Shown: piece after piece, positions 7,397 to 16,598 of the stretch
Numbering within the stretch: position 1 is the first letter of the stretch
Layout: every line of letters begins with the position of its first letter
Source of the DNA: an uncultured Chloroflexota bacterium
GTDB lineage: Bacteria > Chloroflexota > Anaerolineae > Anaerolineales > UBA4823
DNA length: 43,995 nt
Assembly: GCA_903871905.1 (NCBI GenBank)
Contig: CAIQIV010000237.1
Coordinates: 1 to 43,995 of the forward strand
Direction of reading: 5' to 3'
The notes under the pieces: model-generated
What the model was told of the DNA's origin: nothing
The model's database searches: none
What the model saw: only the letters and a program-made list of their open reading frames with translations
Translations under genes and position numbers: made by a program

Positions 7397-8839
7397 TCAG
7401 ATGGCGCCCAGATCCGCCTCGAAGGCTTTGATCAGATCGGCGCCCCAGTTGTCCAATGCTTCCAGGCGCCCGATGAAGAAGCGCAGCACCGGCGGCTCCT
7501 GCGTAAAGCGCAGGCCTTTCACCAGGTCCTTATGATTGTAGAGCCAGGCGATGCGGTCCGTAGCATATTCGATCTGCGACATGGTGTAGGTGCGCCGCGG
7601 CACCGCCAGGCGCGCCAGCTCCATATCCGATGCTACCTCATTGCCGTTAGCATCCCTGTCCATGGAAATGGTGCCGCGCTCCATCGAGCGCACCCCGGAC
7701 ACCAGGTAAATCGCCGCCGCCAGCGCGCCCGCCGGGTACTGCAGCGATGGGATGTGCGGCAGGAAGAGCTTGGCATCCACGTGGCAGGCCAGGCCGCCTG
7801 CCGGGGTGACTACCGGCACGCCTCGCTCGCCCAGGCGGCGCACAAAGTACTCGACAAACTCGGCGCCGCTGGAGGCGGTGTTTTCATCGCACATCTCGCG
7901 CACGCCCACCGCCATGGCTTCCACCTCCTTGGTAGACATGCCGCCGTAGGTGGTAAAACCCTCGTACACCGGCAGCCAGGGCAGGATGCGGTCGTAGACC
8001 TCGCGCTGGTTGGTGGCGATCATCCCGCCGCGCACCGCCGTGCTCTTGCGCCCGGACAGGTAGAGGATATCAACCAGGCTCATCATTTCCTGGTAAATCT
8101 CTTTGATCGAAGCCTTGGCAAATTCCGGCTCGCGCTGCTTGACCAGGAAGGCATTTTCGGAGATCAGGCTGCCGTCAAAAACCAATGGAATGTGGTTTGC
8201 CTCAGCGATCTTCTTCACATCCCGCAGGTTTTGGATGGAGAACGGCTGGCCGCCGATCAGGTTGGTGGTGGCTTCCATGCGAATGTAAGCCACATTTTCT
8301 GCCCCATGTTCGGCGATCGCTGCCTGCAGCTTTCCCAGGTCCATATCGCCTTTGAAGCGGTTGGTGCTCTGGGTGTTGAAGGCCTCGTCCCCGCATAATT
8401 CCAGCACCTTGCCGCCTTGCAGCTCCACGTGCGCCTTACTGGTGGTAAAGTGGTAGTTCATGATCACCACCATACCCGGCTTGACAAACGTCTTGGCCAG
8501 CAGGTGCTCGGCTGCGCGTCCCTGGTGTACCGGCATCACATATTGGAAACCCAGCACTTCCTGTACGGTGTCCGCCAGGCGGTAGAAGCTCTCCGAGCCG
8601 GCATAGGCGTCATCCGCCTGCATCATAGCTGCCAGCTGGTTGTCGCTCATGGCATTGGTGCCGCTGTCGGTGAGCATATCCAGGAATACATCCCGGCTGC
8701 GCAGGGAGAAGGTGTTGTATCCTGCCTGCTCCAGGGCTTTCAGGCGTCCCTGTGCGGTTTGCAGGTAGGTTTTTTGCACAATTTTTACCTTGTGCATTTC
8801 GACCGGGATGGTCTTTCCGTTGGTAAGTTTGATCTGCAT
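7397..8839 (-). CDS. Tryptophanase (TnaA)/tyrosine phenol-lyase (Tpl) family PLP beta-eliminating lyase
   Basis: DMLTDSGTNAMS, DDAYAGS, HQGRAAE, YEGFTTYGGM, RLAVPRR and LRFF motifs. The specificity residues look Tpl-like. Confidence 0.9.
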   Translation of the reverse strand: MQIKLTNGKTIPVEMHKVKIVQKTYLQTAQGRLKALEQAGYNTFSLRSRDVFLDMLTDSGTNAMSDNQLAAMMQADDAYAGSESFYRLADTVQEVLGFQYVMPVHQGRAAEHLLAKTFVKPGMVVIMNYHFTTSKAHVELQGGKVLELCGDEAFNTQSTNRFKGDMDLGKLQAAIAEHGAENVAYIRMEATTNLIGGQPFSIQNLRDVKKIAEANHIPLVFDGSLISENAFLVKQREPEFAKASIKEIYQEMMSLVDILYLSGRKSTAVRGGMIATNQREVYDRILPWLPVYEGFTTYGGMSTKEVEAMAVGVREMCDENTASSGAEFVEYFVRRLGERGVPVVTPAGGLACHVDAKLFLPHIPSLQYPAGALAAAIYLVSGVRSMERGTISMDRDANGNEVASDMELARLAVPRRTYTMSQIEYATDRIAWLYNHKDLVKGLRFTQEPPVLRFFIGRLEALDNWGADLIKAFEADLGAI

Positions 8840-8894
8840 GTTCGGCTCCTTTGGCTAAGTATTTCCTGGCGCGCCAGGGTATTCTCTGGATAAA

Positions 8895-8958
8895 CCTGCA
8901 TCTTGTAAAGTTATAAAAATATCCCGGCCAGCTTTCAGGCCGGGATATGTGATGCAGG
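8895..8958 (-). promoter_or_regulatory. Structured 5' leader with terminator-like hairpin (candidate attenuator)
   Basis: 11-bp stem ATATCCCGGCC/GGCCGGGATAT plus a U run on minus, nested in an outer CCTGCATC/GATGCAGG pair. It lies between the promoter and the lyase start. Confidence 0.55.
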
Positions 8959-8992
8959 CATTAAGTTGTGATTAAGATTTAATTAAGCGGGG

Positions 8993-9021
8993 ATTTTACT
9001 CACAATCATAACCTGTGTCAA
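8993..9021 (-). promoter_or_regulatory. Sigma70-type promoter of the lyase gene
   Basis: TTGACA-17 nt-TAAAAT on the minus strand. Confidence 0.75.
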
Positions 9022-9083
9022 GATTTTGACAAAAGTTTCTCCTATCCGAACCAGATAAAATCCATTATCATTCACATGTTGAA

Positions 9084-10793
9084 ATGATCAGGAGCTGCCC
9101 AGTAGGAAAATATCTTCTATACGGCCTGGGGTTATTTGCATTTCTCCTGGCTGTCCTGGCCATCTTCATCCCTCAGCCTACCACTCCCTGGCTGCTGCGG
9201 CTGGCATTGGTTGCAGCTGCGGGAATGGCTTTACTGTGGCTGATGTGGAAAATTCACCGCACTCAGCAGCAGCTTCAAAAATCGGAGGAACTGGCCCTCG
9301 CTCAACACCAGGCCAATCTTGATATTGCCGGGCAGGTTGAACGCTACCACTCCATCTTTTCTGCCGCGCCGATTGGCATCTACCACACCTCAAAAACCGG
9401 CAAGATATTGGAGGCTAACCCGGCTTTGCTGGAAATGCTGGGTTACTCCACCCTGGATGAACTGAACCAGAGTAGTGTGTATGACTTCTTCGTCCACCCT
9501 CAGGACCGGGAAAAGGAGCTCCGCCTGCTGGAGCAGCAGGGTGTCCTGTATAACTATGAGTTACAGCTCTTGCGCAGTGACCGGCAGCCGATCTGGGTTA
9601 GCGATAATATCCGGGCAATAGAAAAACACGGCAGTGAGGAAGTGTATTATGCCGGAAGCCTGCTGGATATCACCCCTCGCAAGCTGGCGGAACAGCGGCT
9701 GCAGGAGTTATACGATCAATTGGAGGAGAGGGTCTTAAAGCGCACCGAGGAACTGCGCCGCGCCCTGCAGCGCCTGGATGCCCTGCGCCAGACCAACCTG
9801 GAATTGGCCAGCGACCTGAACCTGGATACACTGCTGGAGGCGATAGTTTTCCGCGCCATCGACCTGGTTGGCGCTACTGCTAGCTCGTTGTACTTGTACC
9901 GCCCGGAGGGGAATTTCCTGGAGTTGACGGTCAGCCAGGGCAGCAATCCTCTGCCGGTAGGCTCGATTCTGCATTATGGGGAAGGGCTGTCCGGAAAAGT
10001 GTGGGAGACACGTCTGCCAATGATCATCCCAGACTATTCCACCTGGAAAGACCGGGCACGGCAGTTCGACTCGTTTGCCGCGCGCAGCGTGGTCAGCGTT
10101 CCCATCTTATGGGGCGAGAATTTGCTGGGTGTGATCAACCTTTCATCCTCACAGCCCGACCAATTTACCAAAGATACTGCGGACCTGCTGACCATGTTCG
10201 CCAGCCAGGCAGCTGTAGCGCTGCAGAATGCCCATTTGTATACCGAGACGCGCAGATCCCAGGAACGGCTGGATTTCCTGGCGCACCACGATCCCCTCAC
10301 CGGGCTGCCAAACCGGATTATGTTTAGCAAGCTGCTCGAAGGCGCCTTTGAGCTGGGCCGGCAGCAGCCGGGCTACCACTTTGCCCTGCTGTATATCGAC
10401 CTGGACCATTTCAAGGATATCAACGACACCCTGGGACATCCAACCGGCGACCAGCTGTTGGTGGCGGCTGCCAGGCGCTTCGAGCACTGCCTGCGCGACT
10501 GCGATGCAATCGCCCGCATGGGAGGGGACGAGTTTGCCATCCTGGTGTGTGAAGTACAGGATGAAGCCATGGTGCATGCCATTGCCCACCGCCTGCAGGC
10601 CGAATTTTCCACCCGTTTTTCCATCCACGACCGTCGGGTACAGGTAAGCCTGAGCATGGGGATCTCTCTCAGCAGCCCTGCTTATACGCATCCAGATGAG
10701 ATGGTACGCGATGCAGATATCGCCTTGTACCAGGCCAAGGAGCAGGGCCGTGCCCGGCATGTGGTTTTTGAAAGGGAACCAGATGCAAGATAA
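9084..10793 (+). CDS. Membrane-anchored PAS-GAF diguanylate cyclase
   Basis: Two N-terminal TM helices, PAS and GAF domains, HDPLTGLPNR, DLDHFKDINDTLGH and an intact RMGGDEF. Confidence 0.9.
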   Translation: MIRSCPVGKYLLYGLGLFAFLLAVLAIFIPQPTTPWLLRLALVAAAGMALLWLMWKIHRTQQQLQKSEELALAQHQANLDIAGQVERYHSIFSAAPIGIYHTSKTGKILEANPALLEMLGYSTLDELNQSSVYDFFVHPQDREKELRLLEQQGVLYNYELQLLRSDRQPIWVSDNIRAIEKHGSEEVYYAGSLLDITPRKLAEQRLQELYDQLEERVLKRTEELRRALQRLDALRQTNLELASDLNLDTLLEAIVFRAIDLVGATASSLYLYRPEGNFLELTVSQGSNPLPVGSILHYGEGLSGKVWETRLPMIIPDYSTWKDRARQFDSFAARSVVSVPILWGENLLGVINLSSSQPDQFTKDTADLLTMFASQAAVALQNAHLYTETRRSQERLDFLAHHDPLTGLPNRIMFSKLLEGAFELGRQQPGYHFALLYIDLDHFKDINDTLGHPTGDQLLVAAARRFEHCLRDCDAIARMGGDEFAILVCEVQDEAMVHAIAHRLQAEFSTRFSIHDRRVQVSLSMGISLSSPAYTHPDEMVRDADIALYQAKEQGRARHVVFEREPDAR

Positions 10794-12006
10794 AACTACC
10801 AGCCCAATTAATCGAACGCTGGCTTCTCTGAACCAGTCGGTGCTGCTGGTTTCATTCCCCTTCTTCATCCTGGGTCTGCTGCTGCCGGTTTATGGGAAGG
10901 CTATTGGCGCCGATGTGGTCGAGATCGGCCTGTTCTTCTCTGCCTTCTCACTGATGACGGTGCTGCTGCGCCCTGTGGTGGGCTGGGCGCTGGACCGGCT
11001 TGGCCGCCGGCCGTTCATCCTGGCCGGCCTGGGCGGTTATGCCCTGACCATGCTGAGTTTCGCCTTTATTGACCAGGTATGGGGGGTAATTGCTGCACGC
11101 ATTATCCAGGGCATCTCGTCCTCGTTTTTCTGGTTGGCGGTGACCGCCATGACCGCCGACCTGGCGCCCAGCTCAGAGCGCGGGCGTTCCTTTGGCAGCA
11201 TCACCGAGTCCTCCAGCCGTGGTTCAATCATCGGCGCATTTGTTGGCTTTACCCTGCTCAATGTCCCATTCACCCTGGAATTGGGCTCGTACAGGCTGAG
11301 CAGCTGGAGCCTGCTCTTCATTGTGTACGGTTCAGTCAGCCTGGCCGCCATGCTGATGGCGCTGCGCCGCCTTCCTGAGACACATCCCGCAGTGACCACC
11401 AGGAAGCAGCAGCCCCTGGTCTGGTCGCGGGCCTGGCTGCTTCTACTGCTGGTGACCCTGGTGACGGGCGCCTCATGGGCAATGGTCTCCCCCATCATGA
11501 TCATCTTCCTTCAGGATAAGCTGCAGGTCGGACTGGATACGCTCTCCTGGGCATTCCTGCCCTCCGGCCTGGTGTGGGCATTGCTGCCCTCTCGCCTGGG
11601 ACGCCTGGCTGACCGTTTCGGCCGCAAGCCGCTGATGGTGCTGGGACTGGTAGCGGCCTCGGCCAGTTCCTTCCTGGTCCCTTACCTGGGGGGCGTGGTA
11701 GCCCTTGCGTTAGTGTGGGCTTTCCAGGCGCTGTGCTACGCCGCCGGGGATCCAGCTGAGCAGGCTTTGGTGTCCGACCTGACCCACTCCGACCAGCGCG
11801 GCCGGGCTTACGGGTTGTACGTGATGTGCGCTGATCTGGGAGCAACCATCGGTCCCCTTGGCGGAGCATACCTGTACCAACAAATCGGCGTTCGGGCCCC
11901 GTTCTTCGCCAACGCTGCCCTGCTGATCGCCTGCGCCCTGGTGCTGGCCCTGTTCTTGAAAGAGCCAGCCCGTCCATTCTTGGCACCCATTGGAGGTACA
12001 GCATGA
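10783..12006 (+). CDS. MFS transporter
   Basis: GWALDRLGRR and GRLADRFGRK motif A repeats, ~12 hydrophobic segments. Start set at ATG 10783. Confidence 0.88.
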   Translation: MQDKTTSPINRTLASLNQSVLLVSFPFFILGLLLPVYGKAIGADVVEIGLFFSAFSLMTVLLRPVVGWALDRLGRRPFILAGLGGYALTMLSFAFIDQVWGVIAARIIQGISSSFFWLAVTAMTADLAPSSERGRSFGSITESSSRGSIIGAFVGFTLLNVPFTLELGSYRLSSWSLLFIVYGSVSLAAMLMALRRLPETHPAVTTRKQQPLVWSRAWLLLLLVTLVTGASWAMVSPIMIIFLQDKLQVGLDTLSWAFLPSGLVWALLPSRLGRLADRFGRKPLMVLGLVAASASSFLVPYLGGVVALALVWAFQALCYAAGDPAEQALVSDLTHSDQRGRAYGLYVMCADLGATIGPLGGAYLYQQIGVRAPFFANAALLIACALVLALFLKEPARPFLAPIGGTA

Positions 12007-12563
12007 TTGAGATCCTGGTCCCGGTGCTGGTGTTTCTAATTGGATCGGCTGTCCTATTCTTCATCTCCCGCCCCTCCCTGCGCCAGCCTCATTCCCATGG
12101 TTATTACCGCTTCCTGGCCTGGGAGCCGATCCTGGCCCTGGTAGCGGTCAACCTGTGGAACTGGTTTGCACAGCCCGCCTCCTGGCACCAAATCATCTCC
12201 TGGCTTCTGCTGAGTATTTCGCTCTTTCTAGTGGTGCACGGTGTTTACCTGCTGCGCAGCATGGGCAAGCCGGACAGCCAGCGTCAGGACGCCGAGCTGC
12301 TTGCCTTCGAGAAGACCACCCGCCTGGTGACTCGCGGCGCATACCGCTACATCCGTCACCCCTTGTACAGTTCGCTGCTGTTTCTCGCCTGGGGGGTGGC
12401 TTTCAAGGAAATTACCATCCTGAACCTCTTCCTGGCGGCAGACGCTACTTACTTTCTGGTGGCCACAGCCCGCGCCGAGGAGATAGAAAACGTGCGCTTT
12501 TTTGGCCCAGCTTATCGCGAGTACATGCAGCAGACAAAAATGTTCATCCCCTACCTGTTTTAA
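12003..12563 (+). CDS. Isoprenylcysteine carboxyl methyltransferase (ICMT/PEMT) family membrane protein
   Basis: LVTRGAYRYIRHPLY and AEE...FG..YREY...T..FIP motifs. Confidence 0.85.
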   Translation: MIEILVPVLVFLIGSAVLFFISRPSLRQPHSHGYYRFLAWEPILALVAVNLWNWFAQPASWHQIISWLLLSISLFLVVHGVYLLRSMGKPDSQRQDAELLAFEKTTRLVTRGAYRYIRHPLYSSLLFLAWGVAFKEITILNLFLAADATYFLVATARAEEIENVRFFGPAYREYMQQTKMFIPYLF

Positions 12564-12609
12564 GCCTGGTATATAACGGCTTTATCCCTGCTGGCACAGC
12601 ATGAGATAA

Positions 12610-12618
12610 TGATATAAT
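12610..12618 (+). promoter_or_regulatory. Putative extended -10 promoter of the ABC operon
   Basis: TG-A-TATAAT about 100 nt upstream of ATG 12719. Confidence 0.5.
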
Positions 12619-12718
12619 CCACACCAAACAAATTTCATTTATAACAAACCCTATCTGGCACCGCGCTTTGATCCACAAGAGTCTGGGATAAAAAGAACGC
12701 TGTCGACAAAGAGGTCCT

Positions 12719-14494
12719 ATGAAAGCATTTGCCCGCCTGCTCACGTACTACAAGCCTTATCGTGCCCGGCTGATCTTCTCACAGGTGCTGCTCTTGATCT
12801 CTGCAACCTGTTCCATGGGCGCCGCCTCGCTCACCGGACGCCTGATCAATGCAGGGATCATTGCCGGCGATGGTGAGGTGCTGATCGAGACCGGCATGTG
12901 GATGCTGGTCCTGGCCGCCTGCGCTGGCATCTGCATGGCCGGCACCGCCTACCTGGCAGTCTACTTCTCCCAGGGTACCGCCTGGGCGCTGCGCACCCAT
13001 ATCTACAAAAAAATCCAGACCTACTCTTTTGCAAACTTTGATCACTTGCGCACCGGCAACCTGCTGGTGCGCTTGAGCGCCGACATTCAAAATGTCAATT
13101 TCGCCATAATGTATGCGGTGATGCTGCTGCTGTTCGGCCCGTTTATGCTGGTGGTGTCTTTCGTGCTCTCCATCCTGTTCACCCCACAGCTGGTCTGGCT
13201 GATGGTGATCACCACGATCGTGATATTGGTGCTGATGTGGTTCATTGTACCCCGCTTGTTCCGCAACTTCATCCTGCGCCAGAAACGCCTGGACGAAGTC
13301 AATAATACTATGCAGGAAAACCTGGCCGGCATGCGCGTGGTCAAGGCTTTTGTTCGTGAGGATCTCGAAATTGCTAAGTTCCGCAAGCGCGCCGAGGCCA
13401 TGCGCCTCCCGGCGTTCCAGGCGGCGTTCATCATCATGCTGCTTAACCCGCTGCTGCAAATGGTCGGCGCGGCGGCGCGGGCGGTCGCCATCTGGATCGG
13501 AGGCGAACAGGTCCTGGCCAGCGCCGGCCTCCAGGTTGGCACGTTGATCACCTTCACCCAGTACCTGGCGCAGGTGGTCACCCCGCTGGCCTTGATGGCC
13601 ATCCTGGTGCCGTTCATCCTACGCGGGGAGAACTCCGCTCAGCGCCTGTTCGAGATCTACGATGCCGAGCCCCTGGTCAAAGACAAAGAGAACGCGCAGA
13701 AGCTGGATCCTGAGCAGGTGCGCGGCGAAATTGCCTTTGAAAACGTGACCTTTGCCTTCCGCCGACCGGATGGGGAACTCGACCCGCCCGCCTTGAAAAA
13801 CATCACCCTGAAGATCAAGCCCGGGCAGCGGGTCGGCTTCCTGGGCGCTACCGGCGCCGGGAAGTCCGCCCTGGTCAACCTGATCCCACGCTTCTATGAT
13901 GTAGACGAGGGGCGCATCACCATCGATGGGGTGGATGTGCGCGACCTGGAGCAGGAAAACCTGCGCCAGGTGGTGGGGATCGCTTTGCAAGAGGCGGTGC
14001 TGTTCCAGGGCGACCTGCGCTTCAATCTGAAGTTTGCCAACCCAGATGTGGATGACGAGGTGATGGAGGCCGGCGCCAAGGCAGCAGACGCCTATGGCTT
14101 TGCAACCAACCTGCCCGAAAAATGGGACGCTCCGGTGTCCCGCCGCGGCTACAACTTCTCCGGCGGGCAGCGCCAGCGCCTATCCATGGCCCGCTCGCTG
14201 ACCGCCCAGCCGCGCATCCTGATCCTGGATGACAGCACCAGCGCCCTGGATGTGGCTACCGAGAGCCGGGTGCAGGGCAATATCCCTGTTCACACCCACG
14301 GGGCGACCACCATTTACGTTGCCCAGCGCATCAGCGCCGTGATCGACCTGGATCAGATTTACCTGCTGCAAAACGGCGAGATCGTGGACACCGGAACTCA
14401 CGAGGAGCTGCTGAGGCGCAGTCCTCTCTACCATGAAATTTTCGAATCCCAGCTCGGCGCCGGTGTGACGGCTGGGGCGGAGGTGGAAGAATGA
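12719..14494 (+). CDS. ABC exporter permease/ATPase, heterodimer subunit with degenerate site
   Basis: TMD plus GATGAGKS, FSGGQRQR, Walker B ILILDD and AQR switch (TM287-like). Confidence 0.92.
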   Translation: MKAFARLLTYYKPYRARLIFSQVLLLISATCSMGAASLTGRLINAGIIAGDGEVLIETGMWMLVLAACAGICMAGTAYLAVYFSQGTAWALRTHIYKKIQTYSFANFDHLRTGNLLVRLSADIQNVNFAIMYAVMLLLFGPFMLVVSFVLSILFTPQLVWLMVITTIVILVLMWFIVPRLFRNFILRQKRLDEVNNTMQENLAGMRVVKAFVREDLEIAKFRKRAEAMRLPAFQAAFIIMLLNPLLQMVGAAARAVAIWIGGEQVLASAGLQVGTLITFTQYLAQVVTPLALMAILVPFILRGENSAQRLFEIYDAEPLVKDKENAQKLDPEQVRGEIAFENVTFAFRRPDGELDPPALKNITLKIKPGQRVGFLGATGAGKSALVNLIPRFYDVDEGRITIDGVDVRDLEQENLRQVVGIALQEAVLFQGDLRFNLKFANPDVDDEVMEAGAKAADAYGFATNLPEKWDAPVSRRGYNFSGGQRQRLSMARSLTAQPRILILDDSTSALDVATESRVQGNIPVHTHGATTIYVAQRISAVIDLDQIYLLQNGEIVDTGTHEELLRRSPLYHEIFESQLGAGVTAGAEVEE

Positions 14495-16371
14495 CCACTA
14501 CCAGTGCATCCACAACCAAGACCAGCCAGGCGCAGGCCAAATCCCGGGGATATTCCCGGGCAACCACTGCCCCCACGCGCAAAGGCGACTCCAGCCAGGT
14601 GCTCCTGCGCCTGATCGGCTACATGATCGACCGGGAAAACCGGTTACGCCTGGTCGTGGCCACCCTGGCGCTCCTGCTGTCCATCATCGCCCTGATTGCC
14701 ATTCCCTGGCTGACCGGCAGAGCGATCAACCTGCTCAGCTCCAGCGGAGGCTCATTGAGCCAGCTGCGCAGCCTGATCACCTGGGCGCTGGTCTCCTGTG
14801 CGGTTTACTTTTTATTAGGCCTGTATGCCAGCCGCCAGTACTCATACCTGGCGACCCGCGGCCTGTTCAAGCTCCAGAACGACCTGTTCAGCCACATGCA
14901 GTCACTCTCGCTGTCTTTCTTCGACCGCCAGCCCCTGGGCCAGCTGGTGAGCCGGGTGACCAACGACGCCGAGACAGTGGCCCAATTCTATGAAAATGCT
15001 GTGTCTCAGATCATCCAGTCGCTGCTGCAGATCCTGCTCATCCTGGGTGTGATGTTGATCACCGACTGGAGGCTCACCATCGCTGCCCTGTTGGTCGTTC
15101 CAGTGCTGTTGTATGTCACCTCTACCGTCGAGCGGGTCTCCTCGCCTGCCTTTGCCAGGCTGCAGGAGGAATTGGGCAATATGTCCGGTTTCCAGGAGGA
15201 GACCATAACCGGCAATAAAGTGATCATCAGCTGCCGCCGCCAGGATTGGGCTGGCGAGCAGAATGAGAAGCTGGCAGACGGGGTTTTCGATGTCGCCAGC
15301 AAGGCCTACTTCGCCGCCCTGCTGCAGTTTCCGGTGACCAGTGTGCTGATCCTGGTGCAGACGGTGATCGTGCTCATTTTTGGTGGTTTCCTGGTCATTG
15401 ATGGCCAGACCGACCTGGGCACCGTCACCGCCTTTGTCGCCTATTCTGCCATGCTGGGCACCCCGCTCTCCGACCTGTCCAACATACTCAGCACTGCCCT
15501 GGCCGCGGTTGCCGGTGGGAGGCGGGTATTCGAGGTGATCGATGAGCAGCCAACCGTGGTGGATACCCCCAGCGCCCAAGACTACCAATTCCAGGGTGGG
15601 CACGTGGAGTTCAAGAACGTGGATTTCAGCTATGTCAAAGGGCGCAAGATCCTCAAGCACAACACCTTTGAAGCGCTCCCTGGGCAGAAGATCGGCATCT
15701 GCGGCCCAACCGGCGCCGGGAAATCCACCATCATCAACATCCTCACCCGCTATTACGACATCGACGGCGGCATGATCCTGATCGACGGGCAGGACATCAG
15801 CAAGCTTACCCAGGTCAGCCTGCGCCAGCAGATTGGCGTGGTGCTGCAGGAGGCTTTTCTCTTCACCGATACGGTGATGAACAATCTGAAATACGCCCGT
15901 CCCGACGCAACCGACGAGGAGTGCATCCAGGCCGCCCAGCAGGCCAATGCCCACGAGTTTATCACCCGCCTGCAAAAGGGCTACCAGACGATGATGACCG
16001 AGCGCGGCGCCAACCTGAGCCAGGGACAGCGCCAGATGCTCACCATTGCCCGTGCTATGGTGGCTAACCCGCGCCTGCTGGTTCTGGACGAGGCTACCAG
16101 CAACGTGGATACGCGCACCGAAAAGCTGATCCAGCAGGGGCTGCAGCGCCTGATAGCCGGGCGCACCAGCTTTGTCATTGCCCACCGGTTGAGCACCATT
16201 CGCGATTCTGCCCGCATCCTGGTGGTCAACGGCGGCGAGATTGTGGAGTCAGGTCCCCATGATGAGCTAATGGCGGCTAAGGGCTTTTACTATGCGCTGT
16301 ATATGAGCCAGTTCAAGGGCAAGCTGCCCGGCGGGCAGGCCGCGGCAAGCGCCGATTTTATCAGTACTTAG
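14491..16371 (+). CDS. ABC exporter permease/ATPase, heterodimer subunit with consensus site
   Basis: TMD plus GPTGAGKS, LSQGQRQ, LVLDEAT and AHRL (TM288-like). It overlaps the upstream gene by 4 nt. Confidence 0.92.
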   Translation: MTTTSASTTKTSQAQAKSRGYSRATTAPTRKGDSSQVLLRLIGYMIDRENRLRLVVATLALLLSIIALIAIPWLTGRAINLLSSSGGSLSQLRSLITWALVSCAVYFLLGLYASRQYSYLATRGLFKLQNDLFSHMQSLSLSFFDRQPLGQLVSRVTNDAETVAQFYENAVSQIIQSLLQILLILGVMLITDWRLTIAALLVVPVLLYVTSTVERVSSPAFARLQEELGNMSGFQEETITGNKVIISCRRQDWAGEQNEKLADGVFDVASKAYFAALLQFPVTSVLILVQTVIVLIFGGFLVIDGQTDLGTVTAFVAYSAMLGTPLSDLSNILSTALAAVAGGRRVFEVIDEQPTVVDTPSAQDYQFQGGHVEFKNVDFSYVKGRKILKHNTFEALPGQKIGICGPTGAGKSTIINILTRYYDIDGGMILIDGQDISKLTQVSLRQQIGVVLQEAFLFTDTVMNNLKYARPDATDEECIQAAQQANAHEFITRLQKGYQTMMTERGANLSQGQRQMLTIARAMVANPRLLVLDEATSNVDTRTEKLIQQGLQRLIAGRTSFVIAHRLSTIRDSARILVVNGGEIVESGPHDELMAAKGFYYALYMSQFKGKLPGGQAAASADFIST

Positions 16372-16390
16372 CGCCAGGCAGGAGAGGCAC

Positions 16391-16552
16391 TTGCAAACGA
16401 AGGATGCAAACCAACCTATCAAACCCGCTCTTCCCCACCTGAAAATCCACAGCGGGTTGCGCGCCGGCTGCGATTGCGATGATCACTGCCAGAAGTGTGG
16501 GCTGTGGGGAAAATACTGGTGCGAGGCCGACTGCACCCGCGGCGGCGCATAA
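16391..16552 (+). CDS. Small Cys-rich peptide, putative leader+core precursor (53 aa; not in ORF track)
   Basis: AGGAG RBS (16380-84) then TTG start: MQTKDANQPIKPALPHLKIHSGLRAG-CDCDDHCQKCGLWGKYWCEADCTRGGA*. All six Cys fall in the C-terminal half. Confidence 0.7.
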   Translation: MQTKDANQPIKPALPHLKIHSGLRAGCDCDDHCQKCGLWGKYWCEADCTRGGA

Positions 16553-16598
16553 ATGACACCGCCCCGTTATACCGCGAGGGGCGTCGGAGTGAACACCT

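Noticed and set aside
8935-8961. 8-codon uORF MPASHIPA as a TnaC-like leader peptide
   Set aside because: It has no Trp or Tyr, no RBS and no similarity to TnaC.
14902-16185. Long antisense/alternate-frame ORFs (also 5433-6731, 7346-8398, 22118-22942, 42722-43558)
   Set aside because: These are typical shadow ORFs of high-GC coding strands, with no motifs and full overlap with well-supported genes.
12003-16371. ICMT-like methyltransferase and ABC exporter as parts of the lasso cluster
   Set aside because: They are separated from the cluster by more than 7 kb of opposite-strand metabolic genes and terminators, with no evidence of linkage.
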